From assembly GCA_001780285.1 (NCBI GenBank), contig MFGN01000034.1, positions 10,462-74,461 of the forward strand: a DNA stretch of 64,000 bases, in the 5' to 3' direction. Below are positions 9,326 to 19,076 of this stretch, piece after piece (position 1 is the first letter of the stretch; every line of letters begins with the position of its first letter). A program made the translations under genes and the position numbers. Under the pieces are notes generated by a model. The model was not told the origin of the DNA, ran no database searches, and worked only from the letters and a program-made list of their open reading frames with translations. The DNA comes from Candidatus Falkowbacteria bacterium RIFOXYD12_FULL_34_57. GTDB lineage: Bacteria > Patescibacteriota > Patescibacteriia > Patescibacteriales > UBA12075.

Positions 9326-10927
9326 TTATCCAAATGGCAGGTTAGCGGGAGGAGCCCCTCTCCTGTCTGCATTTTTTTTAGTGATATCGCTAATATCTTT
9401 TGGAGTTTGTATAGCGCCAATATCCTCTCTAAGGTGGTCAATTTGCGCCGAGCTATCTATGGCGCCGCCAAGATCTTCGGTAAATATTTCATCTTTTGCC
9501 TCTTTTTTACTTGCAAGCATTCTTAATCTGCTCTCTTTGGTTTGCCGCGCAGCATCTTTGTCTTTTTCAAACAACTCGGTTCTTCTGTCCGATTTTATTT
9601 GAGTAAACAACTCCTCACTAACCATATCCTCTCCCACGGGAAGCGACATCGGCGGCTCAGATTTCTTTCCCGGAGTCTTTTGAATCAAAGGCGCTTTTAC
9701 TACTGCTTCAATGGGGAAATGCCACAAAGTTGCCAGTTCCTCAACATTTAATATGCCTGTTTTTCCACCCTTTGTGCTATCCCTGTTTTTATAATTGCTC
9801 ATCAGCTTTATTCTTTTGCTATTCTTCCGGCTTTCGGTAAAAAAATAAGATGCTGAAACAGCTGTGTATTTATCGGGCTTCAGGTTGTTCAAATCCAAAT
9901 CAGCGAACTGTTTTATAAATCCCACAAAACCGGAAGCAACTTTTGGCTTTTTAAACAAATCTTTTTTGGCAATATATATAAATCTGGTTTTGAACTCCAA
10001 TCCTATTTTAGCAATTTTATTTTGAATAGCTTCTATTTGCTTCTTTTCCTTCGGCTTCAGATTAAACATCTTAAAAGTATTATCTTCTTTTTTCGCATCC
10101 TCTTTTCCCCCAAGGCGAATAATAATCTCGCTTAATTCCCATAAAAGGTTGGTAATCATCTTGGTAACATTGCTCACTATATCGTTTGATCCCTTATTTT
10201 CTCCCAAGAGCTTGCTTATTTCCGTGTCTCCGACTTTTGGCCAATTAAATCCGTGAGGGGTTACAATTATCTGAAACCAGGCCTGTTCACCCGGAACCAA
10301 ACTGCTATAAAGATCCATGAGAGACGCCATGGGATCGTTAAAATATTCTTCCGGTTCCCCCATCTGATGCATAAATTCTTCATACATTTTTATGGGATAA
10401 GCGGAGCTTTTTGCCAAACAAAATTCACTGCCCCACATCTCGTATTCATCATCAGGAAAACGGCCAGGCATATCCTTGGTATAATCATTCACTTCCGTAA
10501 TTTCCGCATCAGGATACTGGGAATAAACGGCAGATTCTACCAAATTACGAAAAATCTCCGGGGTATGAATCAGGAACTGTGTATATCCGTCTATACTTAC
10601 AATTTCCAAACTAAAAGAAAGCTGCGAGTATCCTTCCCAGTATTTTTCAATTAAATCCGGTTCACTGTGGGCGCCGGCTAAATATGTAAAAATATTTTCT
10701 ACGGCGCGAGGCGACTGTGTGTTGCCCTTGGGAATGTCAATGGCTAAAAGCGTGAATCCCTTATCAGCCGCCCACTTACCCTGAATATAATTCATCCAAA
10801 TCTCTTTAAATCCCCAAAGAAAAACCACAACAATAGGAATCCAGCCAAAAAGAATCAAAAACCTTAAAAGCATTTGATCCGGCGGCAAAGCCATGAATTT
10901 ATAAATAGGGGTCAAATCAATCTCCAT
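9326..10927 (-). CDS. Conserved membrane-anchored protein, partner of the VirB4-like ATPase
   Basis: 533-aa ORF with N-terminal TM and SLEI, YSQYPDAEI, YPIK, ELATLWHFP motifs, typical of CPR ATPase-associated proteins. Confidence 0.75.
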   Translation of the reverse strand: MEIDLTPIYKFMALPPDQMLLRFLILFGWIPIVVVFLWGFKEIWMNYIQGKWAADKGFTLLAIDIPKGNTQSPRAVENIFTYLAGAHSEPDLIEKYWEGYSQLSFSLEIVSIDGYTQFLIHTPEIFRNLVESAVYSQYPDAEITEVNDYTKDMPGRFPDDEYEMWGSEFCLAKSSAYPIKMYEEFMHQMGEPEEYFNDPMASLMDLYSSLVPGEQAWFQIIVTPHGFNWPKVGDTEISKLLGENKGSNDIVSNVTKMITNLLWELSEIIIRLGGKEDAKKEDNTFKMFNLKPKEKKQIEAIQNKIAKIGLEFKTRFIYIAKKDLFKKPKVASGFVGFIKQFADLDLNNLKPDKYTAVSASYFFTESRKNSKRIKLMSNYKNRDSTKGGKTGILNVEELATLWHFPIEAVVKAPLIQKTPGKKSEPPMSLPVGEDMVSEELFTQIKSDRRTELFEKDKDAARQTKESRLRMLASKKEAKDEIFTEDLGGAIDSSAQIDHLREDIGAIQTPKDISDITKKNADRRGAPPANLPFG

Positions 10928-10960
10928 AATTAACTTAAATTTTCAACTTTTCAAATCACA

Positions 10961-11111
10961 TAGGACTTACGCGTTTGCCTAAAAAGACACCCAATGTCCA
11001 ATATTTTTAAAATAAGTATTAACATTTAAAGCCTAATTGAGGGTTAAATTCTGTACACAGGACATTGGGTATCTGTAAAAATGTAAAATTCTATCAAACG
11101 CGCAAATTCTA
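10961..11111. mobile_element. MITE-like nested inverted-repeat element
   Basis: Outer IR TAGGACTTACGCGTTTG / CAAACGCGCAAATTCTA (14/17 match); inner IR AGACACCCAATGTCC / GGACATTGGGTATCT. Confidence 0.6.
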
Positions 11112-11261
11112 TCATAATAAAAAATAATTAAGATTTAATCCGCCTCGGGTGGATATAGACTTTAAAAACTTTTACCAGTTATTATTATACCACATTTACC
11201 CCGCAAACCACAAATAAAAAAACAGGTCCAATAGCCTGTTTTTTTATGATTATATTAATTT

Positions 11262-12497
11262 TTATACGTTTACCAAGGTGTATCTTCCTCCGGCTCTGTC
11301 AAATTTGTCTTTATTCATCAGAGCTAGGATAATTGTTGCTTTTTTAACCATTCTTTTTTCCAAGACTCTTTCTATGATTTCTTCCCTGGATAATGGTTTT
11401 TCGGCTTCTTCCAAAACTTCTTCAATCACATCAATTACATTTCCCTTTTTATAGCCCCAATCTTTAAGGCCGTATAATCCTCTTCCGACAAGCACATATT
11501 TACTATCAAGAATTAATTCATTGTGCACTGTGGCGGCATTAGCAATCTTGTTATCAAATTTTACTTCATTGATATGCTTTGCGATGTCCACAAAATACAG
11601 CGGTTTATTATGATTCTTCAGTATTAAGAAAATTTTATCATTGATTGTTTTGGGCTTTATTTCGCGCCAATTATCTACGCCCCAGTGCCCGAATTTATTC
11701 TGTTCTATTCTTTTTGCGGCTTTTAATACCGAATATATAATTTTATTCTGATTAATCAATTCTTTATTTTCTTCAAAAAAATCAAAATTCAAAATATTGG
11801 AAATATCCAGAGTGTGTTCAAAGTCAAATTTTTCTTTGTGCTTGCTATATGTCTCCATGCCGGAGGCAGCCTTTATGAGCTCTTCGGTGGTATGAATTCT
11901 CTTGTTTTCCTTTATTTTTGAAAATATTTCATCAACCAATTCTTCCAAATGGCTTATTTCGTGAAACTTTAATTTATAAAAACTCTTAAAGTGCTTATGG
12001 TTGTTTTCTTCTTCAAACTCATTGTGTAATAATTTGGTAATCAAAAAGTTTAAATAATTCTTATGGATATTTTCACTCTTTTCTTCCGAACGAAAACTAT
12101 TTAATGAAAAACCAACTAAAATCTCTAATAAATATTCTTTCTCCATCATGCCGCCATGCTCTTCCAGCAGCAATCTAATCACATTCTTCAGACCATTTAC
12201 ATACTCTTCCAAATTTTTAAGTTGTTGAAGCTTCTTGACACTATTTGTTTCTATCTGCCTGATTCTTTCCCTGGTAAGATTATGGTCATTTCCAATACTC
12301 TCCAAAGTTTCTTTAGATTCACCATGAAGACCATGTCTCTTGATAAGCACATCCCGCTCTCTGTCAACAAGCTCACCAAATAAATTGTTGATAATCTCAA
12401 CCGCATTTAAATTAGCCACTTCTTCGGCTTTTTTGTTGTTGATGATTTGATCTAAAATTGATGTAGTACTCATATTATTTATTTGAGTGTCAAGCAT
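11262..12497 (-). CDS. Sigma-70 region-4 HTH plus C-terminal HARE-HTH-like protein
   Basis: TLESIGNDHNLTRERIRQIE (sigma r4) and C-terminal PLYFVDIA...TVHNELI...VLVGRGLYGLKDWG. Confidence 0.82.
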   Translation of the reverse strand: MLDTQINNMSTTSILDQIINNKKAEEVANLNAVEIINNLFGELVDRERDVLIKRHGLHGESKETLESIGNDHNLTRERIRQIETNSVKKLQQLKNLEEYVNGLKNVIRLLLEEHGGMMEKEYLLEILVGFSLNSFRSEEKSENIHKNYLNFLITKLLHNEFEEENNHKHFKSFYKLKFHEISHLEELVDEIFSKIKENKRIHTTEELIKAASGMETYSKHKEKFDFEHTLDISNILNFDFFEENKELINQNKIIYSVLKAAKRIEQNKFGHWGVDNWREIKPKTINDKIFLILKNHNKPLYFVDIAKHINEVKFDNKIANAATVHNELILDSKYVLVGRGLYGLKDWGYKKGNVIDVIEEVLEEAEKPLSREEIIERVLEKRMVKKATIILALMNKDKFDRAGGRYTLVNV

Positions 12498-12716
12498 GAA
12501 TCAACTCTCTTAATAAAATTATTTATATGTTCCATTATCATAGCATGAATTTTATTTTTAGTCAAGTGTTTTTTATTATAACATATTTTAAATATCAATA
12601 AAAGAAAAAATGTACTAATATTAAACAAAAAAATTCTTTTGTCAAAAAAAGAATTTTATGGTCTGCTCTTATTAATTTTCTAAAAATTTTTTTATTTTTC
12701 TAAAAATTTTTTCTTT

Positions 12717-13658
12717 CTAAAATCCTAAATACTCAATTTCCTCCTGCAGCTGCACCCCGAATCTGTCCCTGACTTGCTGTTTTATAAAGCTAATCATCAT
12801 CACCACCTCCTCTGCGCGCGCCTTGCCCGTGTTCACGATAAAATTGGCATGCTCCAAACTGATTTTTGTTCCGCCGATTTTCTTTCCCTGGAGGTCAAGC
12901 CGGCTGATAATCCACCCGGCGCCAACCTTGCCGCCTTTTATGAGGCCCTCGCGTTCTGCCGCATCGGAGAGATATCTGTTTCCCTTTTGCAGATCTGAAA
13001 ACAGAACATTTTTAAATATACATCCGGCGCTTGGCAGTTTTGGCTGAGTGCTGTTGCGATGCCCCAGGTACTGAGAAACTGTTTTATTGATTTCCTCTAT
13101 CTCTCCTTTTTTCATTCTGAGTGTAGCGCTCCAAATAAGCAAATTCCGATCTTTCTTAAAAATGCTTTCCCTGTAAGAAAACTTGCAATCATTACCGCTC
13201 AATATATAGCTTCTTTTTTTTTTAATATTAAACACCTCCACAGTTTCTACACAATCCGCCAATTGTCCGCCAAATGCTCCGGCATTGCCGCGGATAGCCC
13301 CGCCCAGGCTTCCCGGAATGCCGATTGCCCATTCCAATCCGGACAGGCCGCCTCCTATCGCCCGCCTGACAATCTGCGGCAGATCCGTTCCTGCTCCGGC
13401 TTCAATCCGTTCTCCGCGGATTTCCAGGCCCTTATTTTCCATTTTGACAACTATTCCGCCAAAACCATCATCGCTTATCAGGACGTTGCTTCCGCCGGAA
13501 AGTATCGCGTAATTAATCTTTTTTTTCCGAATCCACTCAAAAACCTCCGCCAATTCTTCCTTGGTGCGGATTTTCACAAAATACTTGGCCTGGCCGCCGA
13601 TTCTAAAAGTAGTCATCGGCGCCAGCGAAATATTTTCTTGTATTTTAGGCTCTATCAT
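12717..13658 (-). CDS. murB: UDP-N-acetylenolpyruvoylglucosamine reductase
   Basis: TTFRIGG, GGSN, GIPGSLGGAIRGNAGA, SAGCIFKN and HANFIVN motifs. Confidence 0.97.
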   Translation of the reverse strand: MIEPKIQENISLAPMTTFRIGGQAKYFVKIRTKEELAEVFEWIRKKKINYAILSGGSNVLISDDGFGGIVVKMENKGLEIRGERIEAGAGTDLPQIVRRAIGGGLSGLEWAIGIPGSLGGAIRGNAGAFGGQLADCVETVEVFNIKKKRSYILSGNDCKFSYRESIFKKDRNLLIWSATLRMKKGEIEEINKTVSQYLGHRNSTQPKLPSAGCIFKNVLFSDLQKGNRYLSDAAEREGLIKGGKVGAGWIISRLDLQGKKIGGTKISLEHANFIVNTGKARAEEVVMMISFIKQQVRDRFGVQLQEEIEYLGF

Positions 13659-13764
13659 AGATATATCGTAAAAAAAGAAAAAGGATTAAATTCATTTCAA
13701 TAATATTTTTTCTCATTCACCCTTACTTTTATAAATAATAAAAATAATTAAATAATGGGGAACT

Positions 13765-14802
13765 CTAAGGGCGAAACACTGCCCTAAACCTGTTGCTATC
13801 AGTGACAAGAATTGAAAACACGAAAGAACAAGCGTTGACGCCGGCTACCCGGGCATATCTGTAGAAGTACTGATCCGAAAACCATTCATAGCTTCCACTA
13901 TCAGACAAATCCAAGCACTCATCGGTCCGTCCGACCATTTGCCCGTAATCACCTAAAGTCGTATCAGATGAGCATCCGGTCTCATAATCAGACCCGCCGT
14001 CCTTATAGCCGCAAAAACCGTAAAAATCTTGACTGGTTGGCAGTCTGGTCCCTTTCCAGTTCTTGAGAACCTCAGGCGTTATCGGCCCTTCATAACAAGC
14101 CTCATTACTCGTGCAAGTAGCATCCGGCGCCGTATAGCCCCCCTGGTCCGGCAAATCCTTGCGGCCGTCATAGCAGTCTGCCTGGCACAGGGCGCAGTCG
14201 CCGTCATTCCAGGTATTGTCCGCCAACCCGCCCGAATTAATACCGGAATAACTGGCCACGGTTCCGTTCGGAAAATACCCGGAACAGGTATAGGCGGCGA
14301 TATAACTATTATCTATATCAGAAGCATTATCATCTCCGTTCCAGCACAAAACTCCGGAACTGACCGCCGCAGTCTGGACGCAGATGCCGTCCTCTGGGTC
14401 TATATAGTCGCCGTTGCCGTTGCCGTCTTCGAACCATTCCCAGCCGGAAGCCGCATCGCAGGCCTCGCGCGTCAGCGCTACAGAAGCATTTCCGGAAGAA
14501 CTTGCCACCCAGCCCCGCCCGGGCCAATCCTGGATCTGGTACATTTTGTCATTAATATATTCCAAACGCTCGATAATGCTGCCGGTCGAACTGGCGGCTA
14601 CGGATGATGAGTCAAAATCATTATCAGTGTTGTTCGCGCCCAATATATTCTGCGCGAAATCCTGGTCCGAGGCGCTCGGCGCGGCTGTCGGCTCGGTAAA
14701 AGCCGCAAAAATATGAATAGTCGCGCCGGCTATCACGCTTAAGATAAAAATTGTTATAGAGAGCCAAAGCAAATTGGCAAGCCTCATTTTAATGGTTTGC
14801 AT
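13765..14802 (-). CDS. Membrane-anchored Cys-rich protein with CLec/FGE-like C-terminus (DGR target-like)
   Basis: N-terminal TM plus FTEP motif; C-terminus has RLPT...YEW...ARVAG...CS...RFRAVFRP. Confidence 0.7.
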   Translation of the reverse strand: MQTIKMRLANLLWLSITIFILSVIAGATIHIFAAFTEPTAAPSASDQDFAQNILGANNTDNDFDSSSVAASSTGSIIERLEYINDKMYQIQDWPGRGWVASSSGNASVALTREACDAASGWEWFEDGNGNGDYIDPEDGICVQTAAVSSGVLCWNGDDNASDIDNSYIAAYTCSGYFPNGTVASYSGINSGGLADNTWNDGDCALCQADCYDGRKDLPDQGGYTAPDATCTSNEACYEGPITPEVLKNWKGTRLPTSQDFYGFCGYKDGGSDYETGCSSDTTLGDYGQMVGRTDECLDLSDSGSYEWFSDQYFYRYARVAGVNACSFVFSILVTDSNRFRAVFRP

Positions 14803-14899
14803 ATAGATAGTGAATTTTTAATTTGTAATTTTACGCCCAAGGCGGACCAGCTTTGAGCTGGCAATTTTTAATGACTAAATTTTTAAATTAAACTTTGCG

Positions 14900-16075
14900 C
14901 TAGAACAAAGCTGTTAAAAATTTTTCAACACTTATTACTCGAATATCATTTTGCACAAAATCTATACCAGTCGAAGCGACAACCTGATAAACAAAAGGGA
15001 TGTTCATTTTTTCTTTGAAATATTTTAAATGTTTTGTCGCTTTTTTGTTAGACGTTTTTACTTCTACCGCAAACCACGGTTTTTTATTTACTGTTATCAA
15101 AAAATCAACTTCCCTACCCTCAATATCACGCAAAAACTTTAATTCAACATCAAAACCTTCGCTGTCATGAAGAATATGAGAAAATTTTAAAAGATGACTC
15201 GCAACAATATTTTCCAACCGAGATCCTTCATTTTTTACTTGCGACCAATCCCACAAAAACATTTTTGGCTCCCTTCGAAGTGATTTTATCGTGCTTGCGG
15301 CATGTGGATATATTCTATAATGATAATAAAATCTTTCCAAAATATCCATCCAATGAGCCACTGTTTTATGAGTGACCTGTAAATCTTCACGAAGAGAATT
15401 CAAAGACAAAAGAGATCCCACTTTTTCAGGTAAAATAGTAGCTAAAATTTCCAAGGCCGATAAATCTCGAACAAGTTCAACGTCTCTGATATCCTCTTTG
15501 ATCAAACGACTTTGTCTTTCATTATGAAAACGACGCAGAGTTCTTTTGTTTTCTTTTAAAAATGGCTCCGGAAAACCGCCATAAACAAACAAATCGTCAA
15601 AAGTTTTTCTTAAATTTTTGGCGTCAACAAAAACTAAATCGTTTTTAACTTGAATTTTATTATCAATCTCCAAAACTTCTGCCAAAGAAAAAGGATGTAA
15701 TCGGTAATAGTGATATCTCCCCATCAGCGAATCTCCACCATGACGATACAAATCAAGCCTAGCTGAACCTGTTACCAAGATATCATATTTCTTTTTATTT
15801 TTATCCCATTCTCCTTTTACATAATTTTTCCATTTGGCATATTTATGAATTTCATCAAAAACAATAAGTTTGGCATCAGGCTCAAACTGCGAATTTATAA
15901 TTCTTTTTTTATCCTGAAGATTATCCCAATTCAAATAACTGTATTTCTTATATTGCTCTTCGCCGATTTGTTGTGCCAGAGTTGTCTTCCCCACTTGCCG
16001 TGGTCCATCAAGAAAAACCATCTTTTCCTTCAAATCATCATTAATATATTTAAATAAATTCCTTTTTTTAATCAT
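14900..16075 (-). CDS. AAA+ ATPase (AAA_14 / DUF4143 family)
   Basis: GPRQVGKTT, FDEIH, TGS, GGFPE and C-terminal EVDF...EVK. Confidence 0.92.
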   Translation of the reverse strand: MIKKRNLFKYINDDLKEKMVFLDGPRQVGKTTLAQQIGEEQYKKYSYLNWDNLQDKKRIINSQFEPDAKLIVFDEIHKYAKWKNYVKGEWDKNKKKYDILVTGSARLDLYRHGGDSLMGRYHYYRLHPFSLAEVLEIDNKIQVKNDLVFVDAKNLRKTFDDLFVYGGFPEPFLKENKRTLRRFHNERQSRLIKEDIRDVELVRDLSALEILATILPEKVGSLLSLNSLREDLQVTHKTVAHWMDILERFYYHYRIYPHAASTIKSLRREPKMFLWDWSQVKNEGSRLENIVASHLLKFSHILHDSEGFDVELKFLRDIEGREVDFLITVNKKPWFAVEVKTSNKKATKHLKYFKEKMNIPFVYQVVASTGIDFVQNDIRVISVEKFLTALF

Positions 16076-16319
16076 TTTACTTAATTTTAGTACTTTTTAT
16101 TACAAGATTATTATACCATAGTAGAATATTATGTCAATATTATTATATTATAAAATAATTTATTTATTGTTTCCCCGTCTATTCACTTCGGGCGGAAACG
16201 GTGGTAGTAAAAGATTCCGTAATTATCACTCTTGCCGCCACCATAAAAACTTCAGTCGCAGCACATGGCCCAATCCCCATTTACACAGCGCTCCGCTTTA
16301 GGATGACGTGGTATATAAT

Positions 16320-17720
16320 CTATTTTATCAAATTTTGCCCTATTTTGTAAGCCTCGCCTGCTCCCATCAGAATCAGCACATCGCCCGATTTCAATTTTTC
16401 CCGCACATATGCCTCGCATTCTGCCAGTGTGGGAATATAGCTTGCGTTTTTCTGTCCTGCCTTTATAATTTTTTCAATCAAATCCCGACTATGCACATCG
16501 CCCTGCGCCTCGCGGGCCGAGCCGTAAATATCCAAGACAATCAACTCATCGGTATCGCCGAAACTTTCGGCAAAATCATTGAGCAGCGCTTTAGTGCGCG
16601 TAAAAGAATGCGGATGAAATACAGTAATTATTTTTTTATGCGGATACAGCTCTCTGGCGCCGGAAAGCGAAGCCCTTACTTCTGTCGGATGATGCGCATA
16701 ATCGTCAATAATGGCGGCGCCCCGGTATTTGCCCATCACCTGCATGCGCCTCTCCGCCCCAGTAAACTCTTCCAGATACTCCCTGATTTTAAATAAATCT
16801 ATTTCCAGCTCAATACACATCGCGATTACCCCCAAAGCATTGGAAATATTATGCCTACCCGATAGACAAATGGAGAATTCTCCCAGATCATCACCGTTAA
16901 TACTGACGCTGAATATCTGCCGACCGCCGGCTTGTTTAATCTTATGTGCTACATAATCAGCAGCATCATCTATGGCATAAGTAACTACCCGAGCCCTGGA
17001 ATTTACCTTGGCAATCCTGCAAATGACCGGATCGTTAAAATTACAAATTAAAATTCCTTTTTTTGGCATTTTACTTATAAAATCTATAAAGGCCTGATTA
17101 TAATCATCGGCTGTCCTGAAAAAATCAGGATGATCATATTCAATGTTATTAAGCAATACTGCTTTTGGTCGGTAATATTTTAATTTATTTTGATACTCAT
17201 CAGCTTCTATCACAAAATAATTAGATTTACCAATTAATGTTCCTCCCCCCAATTGCGGAATCTTAGCGCCCACAATCAAGTTCGGGTCACATCCGGCTTC
17301 CCGCATTACAAAAGCAAGCCAAGAAGAAGTTGTAGTCTTGCCATGAGTTCCGCAAACGGCAATGCCGTATTTATCATTAAACACACGAGCTAATCCTTCC
17401 GGATAAGCAATAGTTTTAATTTTACTTTTGAGGGCAAAGTCAAGTTCTTTGTTCGCTTCCGGCTTGAAGGCCGTGGAATAAATAATCAAATCTGTATCTT
17501 TGGCGATATTATCCGGACTGAATTTATGCGAAACTTTGATATTGTCTTTTTGCAGTTCATTGTAATAATAATGATCTCCTTCATCGGATCCGCTGACTTC
17601 ATAACCCATTTGTTTATACATCCGCGCCAAAGCCGAAGTCCCTGCGCCCTCTATCCCGATGATATGGATTTTTTTTCCGCCGAAAGCGGATCCGCCTTCG
17701 GCGGAAATTTTATCTAACAT
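16320..17720 (-). CDS. murC: UDP-N-acetylmuramate--L-alanine ligase
   Basis: IHIIGIEGAGTS, GTHGKTTT, EADEY, DHPD, DDYAHHPTE and FHPHSFTRT motifs. Confidence 0.96.
   Translation of the reverse strand: MLDKISAEGGSAFGGKKIHIIGIEGAGTSALARMYKQMGYEVSGSDEGDHYYYNELQKDNIKVSHKFSPDNIAKDTDLIIYSTAFKPEANKELDFALKSKIKTIAYPEGLARVFNDKYGIAVCGTHGKTTTSSWLAFVMREAGCDPNLIVGAKIPQLGGGTLIGKSNYFVIEADEYQNKLKYYRPKAVLLNNIEYDHPDFFRTADDYNQAFIDFISKMPKKGILICNFNDPVICRIAKVNSRARVVTYAIDDAADYVAHKIKQAGGRQIFSVSINGDDLGEFSICLSGRHNISNALGVIAMCIELEIDLFKIREYLEEFTGAERRMQVMGKYRGAAIIDDYAHHPTEVRASLSGARELYPHKKIITVFHPHSFTRTKALLNDFAESFGDTDELIVLDIYGSAREAQGDVHSRDLIEKIIKAGQKNASYIPTLAECEAYVREKLKSGDVLILMGAGEAYKIGQNLIK
17675..17706. repeat. TCCGCC-n-GGCGGA double palindrome inside murC
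   Basis: TTCCGCCGAAAGCGGATCCGCCTTCGGCGGAA, encoding SAEGGSAFGG. Confidence 0.8.
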
Positions 17721-17748
17721 ATAATTAACTTTTGGGGGAATTTTATTC

Positions 17749-19053
17749 TTAATTCTTGATTCTAAAAAGCTCTCCCTCTTTTATAATCATTTCCTCGTCC
17801 ATATTCGCAACTTCCCGCTTGCACATTACCATCTTGCCGTTAACCATCACATTCTCTACATCCTGCGCTTCAACACAATATACCAAGTGGGAAAACGGAT
17901 TGTAAATTGGCGTAAGGTGCGGCTTATCCAGGTTGATAGTAATAATGTCCGCTTTCTTTCCTGCCTCAAGCGAACCCAAGTGATTTTCCTTTCCCAAAAC
18001 ACGCGCCGCGTCAATTGTTGCCATTTTTACAATTTCGTAAGCATTCAGTATTTCCGGATTTAACCCGGTTATCTTGTGGAGCATGGAGCACATCTTCATT
18101 TCGGAAAACAGGTCCAGAGTATTATTACTGGCTGCGCCGTCCGTTCCCAGCCCGACCGTAATTCCATGCTCGCGCGTCATTTCAATAATCGGCGAGATGC
18201 CGGAAGCCAGCTTCATATTACTGATCGGATTATGACTTATCTTTACATTTTTTTCTTTTAAAATATCAAAATCACCTTTCTTAAGCCACACGCTGTGGAT
18301 AGCCACAGTTCTTTCGGACAACAAATTCAAATCATTTAGATATTCTATCGGCGTCTTTTCGTATTTTTCCAGCGCATCACTTAATTCTTTCTCGGTTTCA
18401 CTGATATGAATATGGACAAGGGTATTATTGGCAAGCGCCAGTTCATTAATTTTTTCCAAATTTTCCCGAGAACAGGCATAGATGGAATGGGGCGCAAAAG
18501 CTACATCAATCAGTTCGCTCTTCTTGAATTCTTCTATTTGATCCAATGTCTTTTGTATGGCTTCTTGCGGATTTTTAGCGCTCGGTGCAGGAAAATCCAA
18601 AATCACCTCTCCCAGTATCGCCCTCTGTCCGGCCCTCTCTGCCACCCCTCCCAGCACCTCTTCAAAAAAATACATATCATTGAAACAGGTGATTCCGGAT
18701 TTAAGCATTTCTAGTACTGCGAGTTCTCCCGATCTTTTGATAAATTTCGCGTTCACATGCCTCCTCTCTGCCGGCCAAATATTGTTTTCCAGCCACTCAA
18801 TCAGGGGCAAATCATCTGCCAGCCCCCGAAAATAAGCCATAGCCGCATGTGTATGAGTATTGATAAGTCCGGGCATTACTATGCTATTACCGGCATCTAT
18901 CACTTTTTTAACTTTGTATTTCTTCTCCAAGGCGCAAGCCTCACCCACGGCCAAAATATCCGTGCCGGATACGGCTACAGCGCCATTTTCTATCCACTTA
19001 TTATCGATCACTGGCAGAATATATCTACCTTTTATAATATAATCGCAATTCAT
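17749..19053 (-). CDS. mtaD: Amidohydrolase, MTA/SAH deaminase family
   Basis: PGLINTHTH, APHSIY, HISET, HNPISNMKLASG and GTDGAASNN motifs. Confidence 0.85.
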   Translation of the reverse strand: MNCDYIIKGRYILPVIDNKWIENGAVAVSGTDILAVGEACALEKKYKVKKVIDAGNSIVMPGLINTHTHAAMAYFRGLADDLPLIEWLENNIWPAERRHVNAKFIKRSGELAVLEMLKSGITCFNDMYFFEEVLGGVAERAGQRAILGEVILDFPAPSAKNPQEAIQKTLDQIEEFKKSELIDVAFAPHSIYACSRENLEKINELALANNTLVHIHISETEKELSDALEKYEKTPIEYLNDLNLLSERTVAIHSVWLKKGDFDILKEKNVKISHNPISNMKLASGISPIIEMTREHGITVGLGTDGAASNNTLDLFSEMKMCSMLHKITGLNPEILNAYEIVKMATIDAARVLGKENHLGSLEAGKKADIITINLDKPHLTPIYNPFSHLVYCVEAQDVENVMVNGKMVMCKREVANMDEEMIIKEGELFRIKN

Positions 19054-19076
19054 ATTCTTTTGGAACTCGCAACTTG

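Noticed and set aside
12675..12716. Direct repeat TTTTCTAAAAATTTTTT x2
   Set aside because: Low-complexity AT sequence, likely a slippage duplication.
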